Shown here: in pieces, positions 12,411 through 25,060 of the stretch
Numbering within the stretch: the first letter of the stretch is position 1
Layout: every line of letters begins with the position of its first letter
DNA from: Octopus bimaculoides
Lineage: Eukaryota
Length of the DNA: 64,000 nucleotides
Direction of reading: 5' to 3'
Assembly (NCBI RefSeq): GCF_001194135.2
Contig: NC_068987.1
Span: forward strand, 85,579,758 to 85,643,757
Position numbers and translations under genes: made by a program
The notes under the pieces: model-generated
Told to the model about the DNA's origin: nothing
Seen by the model: only the letters and a program-made list of their open reading frames with translations
The model's database searches: none

Positions 12411-12970
12411 ATTATCATTATTATTATTTTCATATACACGCAACAGATTAGACTGTTGGAAAAGAAAAGAAATCCTTACATCAGGCCACAACAAGTAACC
12501 TTACATTCCAAGAACCATTCTAAGTATCCGGGAAGTGGGATTTTCAGGCTTCGTTTAAGCGCAAAAGGCAGCTAGATCTTTCGCCTTTATAGATTCTTTT
12601 GTACAAAGAATAGACCATTTTTCCTGATAGTCTATATCCTATGATTTTAAGTCATGAATATATTCTGAAAGCGATGTTGCACGAGCGTGTCTTGAGGTGG
12701 AGCGTTTTTAAATACTCTTTTACTCTCTTTTACTTGTTTCAGTCATTTGACTGCAGCCATGCTGGGGCTCCACATTAAAGAATATTGTAAATGATTGAAA
12801 CAACCTCAGTAATTTTCTTTATGCATTGGTACATATTTTATCAGTTACCTTACCGGAGCGCTAAGTTACAGGGACGTAATCATGCCAACACCAAATGTTA
12901 AGCAGTGGGAGAGGGACAAACACAAAAAAGACACACATTCACATATACACTATACATACATAATACATGC

Positions 12971-13017
<47 letters not shown>

Positions 13018-13150
13018 AGGAGAATTCACAAAAAACAAAAGACGAAGACACGTGGTGTAGAAAACAAACAAATGTATTAGTATAACGGTCGGGGATTGAA
13101 AAAGTCTTTAACGTTTGAAGCCTACGCTCTTCCACAGAAAGAAACAAGCA
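13018..13150 (-). mobile_element. Repeat family F, Penelope-terminal-repeat-like fragment
   Basis: Reverse complement of 41195-41334 (gagaattcacaaaaaacaaaagacgaagac..aaagtc..acgttt..gcctacgctctt..cagaaag). Confidence 0.6.
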
Positions 13151-14169
13151 GAGAAAGACATCTTTCACTTTACTTCCCTAAGGATTTGGTCAGTAGACAA
13201 TTGCTCAAAGTGCAATGCTAATGTAACCGAACCGGAAGAGATGTGGTTGGGATACAAACGTCTAAGCCACGCCGGCACCTATAAATTGTATAAATTTACA
13301 GATTATTTGAAACTTATGTCTAAAGGATGAAGCGTACACCATTTCTGCTCTCAAATTACTGTGGAAAAATGAACGAGTTTTTGTACTGCCTAATTATATC
13401 TAATTCAAGAACTCACGTCTGTACAAATCTCAGTCCATTACTATTTCAATAATTAAAAGAACATTGTAATTTTAGGAAGCTAAATAATGACAGGCTTTTT
13501 TTGAGCTGTCTGCTTTTCATTATGTATGACATCTTTCAGCTGCGAGAAATTACCATAATTTTTTAATTATTGAAATAGCAATAATAATGGACTAAAAGTT
13601 TTCACAGTTGTGAGCTATTGAAATAATAATCTTCCTAAAAGGAGTGGATGTTCGAACATCAGTTTTAATTTGATCAAATTAACGGTGTCATCGTTTGAGA
13701 TTTATTAAATTTAAGTCGTTTCAACTCTCAAGAACTCTGCGAAGGCTTTCTTTAGAAAAAAAGATGACAGTTAATGACAGCTATACGACTTCTTGAACAA
13801 CTCACCTTGTGTAGTGTCTAATATCTTTGTAACAACGTAAATAACGTTTATACACCTGCTCATAGATTTTCAATTCTCTGAACAATTCCACACAATTCTA
13901 ATCGTTTTCTATTTGCAACTTGTAATATTTTGTTTATTATTTTATTTAAAAAGAATGAATCTTTAACCATCGAACATACGAACTTTGGTTAACTTCCAGT
14001 AAAACGTGAAACCGATGGTGAAATTGGCGAAAGAAGTTCAGTAAATTTAGCGAACGGTATTTACAGAACCGAGTTCAGCCTTGCAGTGTGGCTTATTTTT
14101 TGTAAACCTTTTCTTGTATTTATCTATATTCTTTTAGGGCAGCATCAGGTTTTACTTATGTTGGTTTCA

Positions 14170-14400
14170 AATTTCGACACAAAGCTAGCAATTTCGGGGC
14201 GGGTGGGGCTTAGTCAATTTTGTTAACCCCAGGATAAAGAGCAAAGTCGACTTTCAATTCCGAGGAGGAAGTAAGTCGATTACATTCACCCCAGTACATA
14301 GCTGGAGAAAGGCAAAATCGACTCTGAACGTAAAGACGGACGAAATGCAGCTAAGCGTTCTGTTCGGCGTACTAACGATTCTGCCAGCTCGGCGCCTTCA
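14170..14400 (-). mobile_element. SINE family A, degenerate
   Basis: Reverse-complement head and core (acgattctgccagctcggcgcc; aaagtcgac). Confidence 0.7.
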
Positions 14401-14479
14401 GGTTTTAATTATAATACCTGTATTGATATTACTAAAATTAGAATATTACTTGTAAATTTTAATCTTCAGTACGTAAAAG

Positions 14480-16450
14480 CAAATAACAAAGACCAAAAAG
14501 AAAAAAAAACAAACACGCAAGTAATATATAAACATAACATGCTAAGACCAGAAGGAACCATCATCGAAGATTTTGACAAGAGTTAGGTAAATAGATGAGT
14601 TCGACAAATTACGTGCAACCTCAATAGCAATAGATGTAGAAGAATTTGGAAGAGGAATATAAATACTGCGTGAATTGCTAGGAAGAAAAATATCTCATAT
14701 CAAGAAGTGGAACACCTGAACAACTCTTGGAGAAAATTGCAATACCAAAAGTAATAAATAAAAAAAAGGATAAAACAAAGCTAACTGTAAAACAGAAAAA
14801 CAACAGGAAATCAGGAAGTGGTATGTTTGAAAACATCTGGTTGAAATCTTTTTCGGGTAATTCTAGTTAACAATGCCTGAATGATTTAAAAGTGGGAAGC
14901 CATCTTATTAACAGAGATGACAGAAAACGTTAACCCTAGAATTTACAACCACGTAATCTCTCTGATTACATATTACTATGCACCTAACTTCAACCTTTTC
15001 GCAGAACCTAAATGTTGATCGGGAAGAGAAAACCCACATTAGCTGACAAAAACTGGATTATCTAAAACCTGTTCTGTTTGCAAAGAGCGATTACTGACCA
15101 AGGAAATTATAACCAAAGATTGACATAGAAAGCGAAAAACTTTGAGGATCTCTTGACTTGATTGCCAATGTTATTTCGATAGAGTTTGTTGTCTAAAGTT
15201 TCTTGAAACAGTTACAACGATCGCAGAAGAACCATTGAAAAGCAAATATATCAAGCACTCGTTATGTGCAACAGATTCGTTATTAGGTTAAATTAGCCAT
15301 CTGTATATCATACTTAATGTAAACAGAACACATGAATCAAGTCATACTAACCGAGGTTTTCATCCTGAGATAATATCTCTTATGGACGACCAGTTATAAA
15401 TAATGCAAAGTATATCACATCAATAATATAAGAAAATCCTCCAGCAGCGGTGGTGGGAATGCCAGGTCCACATTTCAGCCTTTTGAGGCATCGTCAGCAG
15501 CGAGTACCCGGTAGTAATTAAAATGTCAAGAATAATTCCGTTATTACCAATATAGGGAAACAATGATTATATAACTCAGGGATGCTGCAAACAGTTGGAC
15601 GGCTAAATAAAAATGCTGTAGTTAATTTGGCATCAAACATGAGACAAATATTGCTAAAATACCAAGTATGTCATGCGACAGAGGCAAACAAAAACAGACA
15701 AAAGAGAGAATGATAAAAATGGAATATATCCCAATAACAGGAGGTATCTTCTAAACAAACTCTTTCTTTCCGTTCCACTTCTGCTTTGCAATAATACTTT
15801 TATCCAACGAACTAAACTACATCGAACTCCGATACGAATGCTATAGGAGGTTCATGAAAAATCTGAGGAATATGTAAACTGCAGATGAAAAGCAACTGAA
15901 TATATTCTTAAATAGAGTACATAGAGTACACGGATTCCACAGTGAAATATACATAAAATTTGGGTTGGAATAATGAGCAAGATCTACTTTCAAAAGAAAA
16001 TTAATAACAGTTGTTAATATCCTGTTAGATATGGAAACAGCTGAAGAGTATTCGACAAAGCATAGACATAAAAGCAATTATAAATTTATGTACAGATATA
16101 GGAGAAAAGATAAAAAGGTAACAACAATTTAGCGATATTAATGACACATTACTTAAAACGAAGGCAATAAACACCAATATTCCAGCTGTTCTCGTAATAA
16201 GTTAATAATATCGTTATAATATACTCAACTGGAAGGGAAGTTAAATGAATATGACAGACAGGAAGGCAAGACAAATGACTGCTTTTAGACAACAACATAC
16301 CCAAACCGTTGACTGATAAAAGAAAGGTTATAAAATGTGCTGCATAGTATAGAGAAAATGAAACTAGAACTATTTATCAGAATTTAGGAAAACCAACAAA
16401 TATGAAGAAAAAATATTGAGATAATAAAGAACATACTAAGACAGAATAAT
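14480..16450 (+). mobile_element. Highly decayed R4/Dong-clade LINE (RT region)
   Basis: Residual motifs: PITGGIF*TNSFFPFHFCFAIILLSNELN (cf. GIFQGDSLSPLLFC...PLSNELN), MKNLRNM*TADEKQL (cf. MDDLKLYA...QL), FGLE**ARSTFKR (cf. FGLDKCA...F.RG), KAINT. Many stops and frameshifts. Confidence 0.75.
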
Positions 16451-16489
16451 TTAGAACGATGGTTACGTAACACAGCTTTTACCTTTTCT

Positions 16490-16860
16490 CTTTTATTCGT
16501 TTCAGTTATTAGACAGCGGCCATGCTGGAGCACCGCTTTGAAAAGTATTAAGTCGAAAGAATCAACTGCAGTTCATTTTTCGTTTTTAAAACATGGCATT
16601 TATTCTATTGTTGCTTTTGCCGAGCCGCTACGTTACGAGCCCTCTTGTCAAATGGTGCTGGAGGACACGCCCCCCCCCCCCNNNNNNNNNNCATATATAC
16701 ACGACAGGCTTCTTCCAGTTTCCGTCTACCAAATCCACTGACAAGACTTTGGTCGGCCCGAGGCTATAGTAGAAGACATTTGCCCAAGCTGCAATTCAGT
16801 GGGACTGAACACATAATCATGTGGTTTGCAAGTAAATTCCTTACCACACAGCCACAAACG
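16490..16860 (-). mobile_element. SINE family B/C, partly deleted
   Basis: cagttattagacagcggccatgctggagcaccgc .. acgacaggcttcttccagtttccgtctaccaaatccac .. ccacacagccac. Confidence 0.8.
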
Positions 16861-17029
16861 TCTATAAAAATAAATCCAATGAAAAACGTGTCTTGAAAAT
16901 ACATTTTTGTCAAATACACTGCATGCTCAATATGTTACAAGACATGGTAAAGAAGCAAAGGTAAATTCTAAAACTAGAATTGGTTTTGCTGTAAGACACA
17001 ATGAGAAGACCAATAAAGATCAATTCTTT

Positions 17030-17450
17030 TATTCTTTTATTCTTTTACTTGTGTCAGTCATTTGACTGCAGCCATACTGGAGTACCACCTTGAAGAGTTT
17101 TAGTCGGAGAAATCGACTCCAAGATGTAATCATTTGTAAGCCTATCGGTCATTTACGAACCTTTAAGTTACTGGACATAAACACACCAACATCGATTGTC
17201 AAGCGATGGTAGGGGGACAAACATAGACACAAAGACACACACACATAGATACGCGCGCGCACGCACACGCACACGCATATATATACGACGGGCTTCTTTC
17301 AGTTTCTGTCTACAAAATCCACTCACAAGTGTTTGGTCGGCGGGAGGCTATAGCAGAAGACACTTTCCCAGTGTGCCACGCAGTGGTACTGAACCCGGAA
17401 CCATGTGGTTGGGAAGCAAGCTTATTATCACTGAACCACACCTGCGCCAA
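17030..17450 (-). mobile_element. SINE family B/C, full-length
   Basis: Tail (ttctttta)n, C module, CA/CG microsatellite, B module and tRNA head in register with the other copies. Confidence 0.88.
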
Positions 17451-17621
17451 CGGAGATTATCCAATTACCAATGGAGATTTAATTTTTATCATGGCACATA
17501 ATATTTAAATAAATTAAATTATTGTCCCTCTAACAACGAAGTGCTAAGTGAACTTTAACCTCATTCGTCTCGCACATTTTTCTATCAAAAGGAAAGGAAT
17601 TTTGAAGTCGATATTAAAAAG

Positions 17622-17985
17622 AACAAGAGCACTCAGAGAGCGCAAACGTTCGCCAAGGCAACACCAACGTCCTCTCAACAATTAGCCGAAGATTTTTAAA
17701 ATGAGAACATCTGAAATAAACGCGACTGCTCTCACAAACGGGAGTACTAAAAATGAATCCGACAGCTGTCAAAAATTAAGTGTAAAAACAGGAAAAATAA
17801 TCCACAATCCTTGTCCGGTACCGGGTCGATCTGAAAATCTAATTAGTTTGTGCCAGTCAAGTAGTCAGACATCTCTGACAGTTTCATCCGAATCCATCCA
17901 GCAGTTCTTGAGATATGTTGTCCACGGACAAACAAACAAACACGATGGAAAACAATACCTCCGCCTTAGCGAAGGCAGAGGTAAT
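17622..17985 (+). mobile_element. Helentron/DINE-1-like non-autonomous element (HINE)
   Basis: Starts aacaagagcactcagagagcgc. Subterminal cgccaagg pairs with the 3' hairpin tacctccgcctt-agcg-aaggcagaggta (17956-17983); internal (CAAA)n. Confidence 0.55.
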
Positions 17986-18039
17986 AATCCGAATAATACA
18001 ATCCAGAATATATGCATGAATTCTATTTTTTATATAGGT

Positions 18040-18240
18040 TTCAAATTTTAGTAGAAGGCCACCAAGATAGGGTAGGGTAAGTCGATTACAATGACCCCAG
18101 TGCTCAACTGGTACTTATTTCGAAAGGATGAAAGGCAGTGTAAACTTCGGTGAGTTTTAACTCAGAAACGTAAAGACGAACAAAATGCACACTACATTTT
18201 GTCCGGCATGCTAACGATTCTTGGAGCTCACTGCCTTAAT
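18040..18240 (-). mobile_element. SINE family A, degenerate
   Basis: gtcgattacaatgaccccagtg..aactggtacttattt..gatgaaaggc..ctaacgattct. Confidence 0.75.
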
Positions 18241-20221
18241 TCTATTTTTAATACTGATTGAAATTATGAAAGTTATTTAGAAAAAAAACGGGACAAGAAT
18301 TGTATACTGACGCCGTTGTATAGAATTGAAAGTAGGAAATTATTCAAGACTAGAAAGAAGCGACGCAAGATCAAGAATTACGGAAATTCTATCACGCTTT
18401 TATACAAAACGTACATTTTGTTAGACCAACATACCAAGTTCTATCCACTAACTCGTACACACACATTTTCAGGAGAGGGGAGTGAGTGTGTGTGTGTGTG
18501 TGTGTGAGTGAGTGAGTGAGAGAGAGAGAGAGAGAGAGAGGCGGGGAANNNNNNNNNNTGACCGACAGACAGATTGACCGACAGACAGACAACAGGAGAG
18601 TGAGCGGCTAGCTCTTTCTGGAAGCTATGCAAAAGCATCAGCTGCAACGAAGTCGATTATATTTTCTCGTGTCACGAATAAGAGAAATGTTCAGAATATG
18701 AAACTGAAAATTTAAGTTAAAAATCTAACAACAGCAGCAGCAGCATCAACAACAACAACTGCAAAAAACAACTACTGCTACTGCTACTAGTCCCACAACT
18801 TCTTTTATATGTATATATGTATACACATATATGTAAATATATACATATTTATAAATGTATATATGTATGTATATACGTATGTATGCATAATAAATATAGC
18901 AACAAATAGGCGTAATAAAAATCACCTCAAACATAGAAACCATAAAGCTAACACCTAGATGATGTTTTCTCTGAATTTCAACAATTTCAAATATGGAAAT
19001 CGACTAAAGATATTCTTCAACTATTGAAGAACTCCGACAGAGAGCTGGTGAAATATCAATAAGCAACAATGTGTATTTGTTAATCACCAATAGCTATGGC
19101 AGATATAACATTAAGATTTTCAAATTGCTCTACCTTAGAAAGCATTTTGAAGCTCATACATAACTATAAATATAACAAAGAAATTCGTTCTTGTTATGTC
19201 TCTAACACTCTTAATTCAATATAGTTTTCACTAATCATACACATAACTGTTTCACTAAAACTTACAATATGTCAATCTGTACATGATACTATTTGTTTAC
19301 ACACGCGTGTAAGAACACGCGTATGTACACATACACAAATAGTATCTGTTTCTATGTGAAGATATCTTTTCGCACATACATCTATTTATGATTTTTCGTT
19401 ATCCAATGTAAAGCAAAAACAAAAACATTTACCATAGGCACACATATACATCAAGTAGACGTATACGCAAATGCATAAATTAAAAAGTTAACGTCTGTGA
19501 TTTGCCATATACATGTATATACATCAAAGGTTCTACATGTTTTAACCAAGCGTTTCCAGATATGATAATCATCGATGTTTGGAAATCGAAAATACTAACT
19601 TAATAGTTTCCTAGTAACTATCAAAGAAAATACTCAAACTTTAGACTTGGCTACGTATCAAAAATGCTCTTTCGCTAGCTTGTTTTTGAGCTGATCACAC
19701 ATGCTCTGTGATTATTAAATTATTTAAAAAATTCATTAATATTTTTGCAAGCCAACTTCACAGCAAAGTAAGGAAAAATATGTCGTTAATGTTATATTCT
19801 CATATCTCACGTAAATATAATACTCCATATGTAAGGAATTTGGTAGCATCTCTCCTAAAAAGAAAAAAAAACGCCGCAACCGATTTATAATTTAATTAAT
19901 AATTCCTCCTACCTCCAAGCCACGTTACGAAGTCTTTTTTTTCTTTCATAATATATTTTATATCTAATGGTTGTTTCAAAATGAGTAACTCAAGATCAAA
20001 CATTCTCTGTATACTTATAAAATATTTTCCAGACACTTTTTTCTTTAAATTACATAAAAATCTGTTTTCATTCTTTTCTTTGCTAGAATCATCAGCGTTT
20101 AAGTAATGCTGCCCTTGCGAGTTGCAATATATTTCTTGAATTTCAAAAACTTTTTCCTTGATATAAAGTCATGTATACGACTAGCAAATGTATCAACACA
20201 TACTGTCTCCACGTTGGTGAG

Positions 20222-20528
20222 TGAAGGCGTGACTGTGTGATAAAGAGCTTGCATTCCAACCACATTAGTTCGAGTTCAATCCCACTGCACAGCACCTTTG
20301 TCAAGTGTTATTTACTGTTATTCCACTCAGCTGGAAAAATGAGTAGTACCTGTATTTCAAAGGGGCCGGCCTTGTCACACTCTGTGTCACACTAAATCTC
20401 CTTGAGAACTACGTTAAGGGTACACGTGTCAGTGGAGTGCTCAGCCATTTACTCGTTAATTTCACGAGCAAGCTGTTCCGTTGATCGTATCAGCTGGGAC
20501 CCTCGTCGTCGTAACCGATGGAGTGGTC
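20222..20528 (+). mobile_element. Chimeric SINE: B-type head + D-type 3' module
   Basis: gtgactgtgtgataaagagcttgc..gagttcaatcccactgcacagcacc joined to tacctgtatttcaaaggggccggccttgtcacactctgtg.. Confidence 0.8.
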
Positions 20529-20694
20529 CTTTTGACAGTAGTCTTAGATCAACCAATGCCTCGTGAGTGAATCTGATTGACGGAACCTGTAAGTGAGTCT
20601 GTCATGTTTATATGTGTGTATGTATATATATATGTGTGTATGTATGTATATATATGTGTGTATGTATGTATATATATGTGTGTATCTATGTATA

Positions 20695-21065
20695 GACTTC
20701 GGCTATGCTGGGGCACTGCATGGAAGAGTTTTAGTTGAAGGAATAATATATTTTTTAAAAGCCTGGACTTATTCTATCACTCGCCTTTTGCTGAGCCGCA
20801 AGATTACAGGGACCATAGACACACTCGCACCAGTGGTGTGGTACAAACACACACACGCACACCCTCACACACACACACATACACTCACACATGTATATAC
20901 ATATACGACGGGCATCTTCCAGTTTCCCTCTATCAAATCTGCCATCAAGGCTTTGGTCGATCCGAGGCTACAGTTGAAAACAGCTGCCCAAGTTGCCGCG
21001 CAATTGGAACGAACCTGAACTCATGCAGTTGGGAAACAAACTCCTTACAGCACAGCTACACTTGC
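20695..21065 (-). mobile_element. SINE family B/C, degenerate
   Basis: cggctatgctggggcactgc..(CA)n..atacgacgggcatcttccagtttcc..gaacctgaactcatgcagttggg. Confidence 0.75.
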
Positions 21066-22040
21066 ACCTATCATAAATGATACTGACTTTTCGAATTTCG
21101 AAGCGGAGACATCAGCTGTTATAACTATACATATGTTGGCGGCGAACAGAATTCTTTGTACGAAATCCATATCACGCAATATGTTTATGACTGTTATCAA
21201 CACTTTGCCATTTAGTGCAATAATCCGTTAATCACCCGATATTATGAGATGCTGTGATTGTTATTCACTAAGAAATGCGGGTTGATTGGTAGAAACTCTC
21301 AGTAATTTTCATCTGAAATATCTCGTCGATTTTATGCTTTTGAAAATTCAAAAGCACACTACAAAAGGCAAACAAAACTCTGCGTTTTCCCTACATGGTC
21401 TAAATGAGTTTTAAAGAATACAACCTAATTAACAGCCATTACTGCCTACAATTATACAGATGGAATTCTTGCTACAACTATTCGCTGTTATGACAGTCTC
21501 AGTAATATTAACTGATGGGCTCGTAAGAAATCTTGGGTTTCTAAACTTGGGTTTCGAAATGTGGACCTCAATGAAATGTATATTACATGTTCCTTTCTAC
21601 AAATAAGAGTGATAAAAGTGAAACTCAAGGACTTGATTTGTTATTCAAAAGAAATTTTCTGTTATGTTATCGATTTTGCTCCATTGGTATGTTTATTAGA
21701 TATATAGCACTCGAACACACAGGCGTCGTGACAAACAAATGACATTTTAAAATACGTTACATCAAAGTTACTCACCGATCGTAGTTGTTGAATGATATGG
21801 AAGTTATTAAATGATGAGGATTTTAAAATTAGAAAATATGAACTCAATAACAGAGCTGTGAAAATGAAAACAAAATTTGTTCTTACATTGCTTAATGTGT
21901 GAGAAGGGAAAAATTTGGATTGAAAACGTTCGAATTTGAAATGACTGATGTACACTGCTAAATAAATAATAGAGATTTATGAATTTGGGTTTCGTCATAT
22001 ATTGAAAGCTCATTACAATAAAAAGAACATTTGTACTTAC

Positions 22041-22141
22041 AATAATCGATGTAGGACATAAATATTTCCATGATATTTTCCAGTAGAGGTTTGGTGCTTT
22101 ACCAAGCATCATCTTGATATCATCAGAAAAATTTTCAAAAC
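22041..22141 (-). CDS. SLC6/NSS transporter exon F (IL5-start of TM11)
   Basis: Acceptor aaacttaatAG| and donor |GTAAGT. 2 nt + 33 codons: (G)FENFSDDIKMMLGKAPNLYWKISWKYLCPTSII, matching 'F..DI..M.G..P..YW...W....P'; the intron is 6733 nt. Confidence 0.95.
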
Positions 22142-23657
22142 CTATTAAGTTTCATGATTTGATGAAAAAGTAATAAAAGAAAAAGAAAACAAGAAAAATT
22201 ATTATTGGAAACATTGAAAGAAAATCAATATGCAATTAATTGTTAATATATTCTATATTCCGTTCTGGTAAATATTTGGCTTCGATGTTGATTTTTAATC
22301 GTGAGGTAGAAAAATATATTGTGCATTGTTAGCGCTGTGTTGTCCATTTATTAAATGTATCGTTTATTGCTTCCACTGTGTATGTAAGTACATAGGCATG
22401 TATGTACATGCCTGCGACTCTATGGGTGTAGATATGAATGCAAGTATACAGGCGTGTATGTGTATATATATATATATATATNNNNNNNNNNNNNNNNNNN
22501 NNNNNNNNNNNNNNNNNNNNNNNNNNNNNNNNNNNNNNNNNNNNNNNNNNNNNNNNNNNNNNNNNNNNNNNNNNNNNNNNNNNNNNNNNNNNNNNNNNNN
22601 NNNNNNNNNNNNNNNNNNNNNNNNNNNNNNNNNNNNNNNNNNNNNNNNNNNNNNNNNNNNNNNNNNNNNNNNNNNNNNNNNNNNNNNNNNNNNNNNNNNN
22701 NNNNNNNNNNNNNNNNNNNNNNNNNNNNNNNNNNNNNNNNNNNNNNNNNNNNNNNNNNNNNNNNNNNNNNNNNNNNNNNNNNNNNNNNNNNNNNNNNNNN
22801 NNNNNNNNNNNNNNNNNNNNNNNNNNNNNNNNNNNNNNNNNNNNNNNNNNNNNNNNNNNNNNNNNNNNNNNNNNNNNNNNNNNNNNNNNNNNNNNNNNNN
22901 NNNNNNNNNNNNNNNNNNNNNNNNNNNNNNNNNNNNNNNNNNNNNNNNNNNNNNNNNNNNNNNNNNNNNNNNNNNNNNNNNNNNNNNNNNNNNNNNNNNN
23001 NNNNNNNNNNNNNNNNNNNNNNNNNNNNNNNNNNNNNNNNNNNNNNNNNNNNNNNNNNNNNNNNNNNNNNNNNNNNNNNNNNNNNNNNNNNNNNATATAT
23101 ATATATATATACATACATATATGTACATACTGACATATATATGTCTCTCCCTCTTCCTCCTTTTCTCTCTCGTTGTTCAAACGTGACCATCGTCCATCTT
23201 TTTCCCCCACGTATTCAACTTCCTTTTCTTCCGGTCTGTTGCACAGACCAGGCATACTCTTGTCTGTCTCCTCCCCTATCTATTCTCCTGTCAAATAATG
23301 CCCCTGAGCGTTCGCCACTTTACTCCGTCTGGCGTAGCAGCCCTCACTATTTGATTCACGGTCCTCTTTTTGTTACCAGCTTCGACCCTCCGCAAAATCT
23401 CAAATTTCATTTTGGCTTACGGGAGCAGCTGTTTCATCGAAGGCACATATTGTCGTGAATTGCTCGAAATATGGAGTAGACAAACAGCGGACAACTGAAG
23501 AAGTGTCGCTCTTTATGTTACTTATTTTGCATTCCATTTGTTTCTCTCGTTGTTCGCAAAAAATTAGTCTTTGTAATTCATGTTGTTTTTCGTATTTCGG
23601 CTTCCATGTTTTCAAATTTCATGTTCTTTACGTTTTGTGATGTGCTGTAGCCATGTA

Positions 23658-23659
<2 letters not shown>

Positions 23660-23722
<63 letters not shown>
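23660..23722. repeat. (TA)n microsatellite
   Basis: About 31 perfect units. Confidence 0.97.
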
Positions 23723-23724
<2 letters not shown>

Positions 23725-24631
23725 TTTCCAAGTAAGTTTAACTATCTATCAATATATATGTATATATGGGACTGAACCCGGAACCATGTGGTTCGTAAGC
23801 AAGCTACTTACCACACAGGGGATGTGTTTATCCACTTAACTAAGAACGATTTTATCTACACAAGTTGTCATACTTAGTGAGGAAGAAAAATGTGAAACAA
23901 AACTATCTAGTGGCATTTTATCCTGTGGAGTTAGTGTCAAGCATGTAACTAATCTAATCTTTAAAATTGCTGGCAACCAGGGCTTCATTGTAGCACAGGG
24001 CAGCGGTGTTGAAAATTTATTTATTCGATGACTGAGGGGAGAGTCTTTTGCTGGTCCCATTCACTAGGTTCCTAAACACTATTGCTGGATATCAGGAAGG
24101 TGTGTTAATGAGTGTCAATCATACGACGGGCTTCCTCTATGTTTTCCTTCACCCGATTCACTTACAAAAGCATAGGGTAATCCGTATTGATAGAAGACAC
24201 TTGCGAAAGATACTGCGTCTAGGAACTAAAACCGATATCAGGTGACTGTAAAGCGATTCTCTTTAACCATCAGCCATTCATGCGCCTGGATATAATAACT
24301 AGAAAATATATACAAAATGGTGTAAAGGTACTGAAGCTAAACTAATTTTGTTTCTGTCATTCAGTGCTTAATAGTTTTGACATATCCGTAGAGACGAAAT
24401 ATATTTTAGACAAGCGATTTTAACAGTATAACACTTAATGCACAAAGGGAAATGCAATATTTTTGAAATAGATTATTGCATATCTGATTGCGCCTTTTCC
24501 ATTAGCTCATTTTAATATTGATGTGGAAATATAGTTTCTTGCAGGATAAGTGCTTTGATGTAAAAAAAAAAATGATTGAATATATTTAGAGATAGAACAA
24601 GGTAAGGATACTGCGTGAGAGAAAGAGAGGA

Positions 24632-24670
<39 letters not shown>

Positions 24671-24851
24671 GACAGGGATAGAGAGAGAGAGAGAGAAAGG
24701 AGTTAAAAAGGGCTTTAGAGTGTATAAATTAGTTTTAAATGTGAAGTGTCAGAAAATAGTTTTAAAATAAAACAATTTAATGATTTACTATATTTAAACT
24801 CATACTCAAACATTACATTCTTTTTAAAGCTCATATATATATATTCTGTTC

Positions 24852-25060
24852 ATTTGCTTTTACTTGTTTAAGTCATTTGACAGCGGTCATGCTGGAGCAC
24901 CGCCTTTTAGTTGAGCAAATCAGCCGCAGGACTTATTCTTAGTAAGCCTAGTACTTAATCTAACGTTCACTTTTTGCCGAATCGCTAAGTTACGGGGACG
25001 TAAACACACCAGCATCGGTTAGAAAGCGATGTTGGAGTGGGGGACAAACACAAACACAGA
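24852..25060 (-). mobile_element. SINE family B/C 3' module only
   Basis: ttttacttgtttaagtcatttgacagcggtcatgctggagcaccgcc..gaatcgctaagttacggggacgtaaacacacc. Confidence 0.85.

Noticed and set aside
13806-13877. 72-nt exon-like segment (minus strand), ELKIYEQVYKRYLRCYKDIRHYT
   Set aside because: Phase 0 contains a stop and the open frame shows no recognisable homology.
18746-19010. Hydrophobic frame LGVSFMVSMFEVIFITPICCYIYY as a possible TM12
   Set aside because: It lacks the YP-x-W and GW motifs and a donor, and runs into a TA microsatellite.
19811-19854. 44-nt exon-like segment with strong acceptor and GTGAG donor (minus strand)
   Set aside because: No frame resembles SLC6 TM11-12; such signals arise by chance in AT-rich introns.
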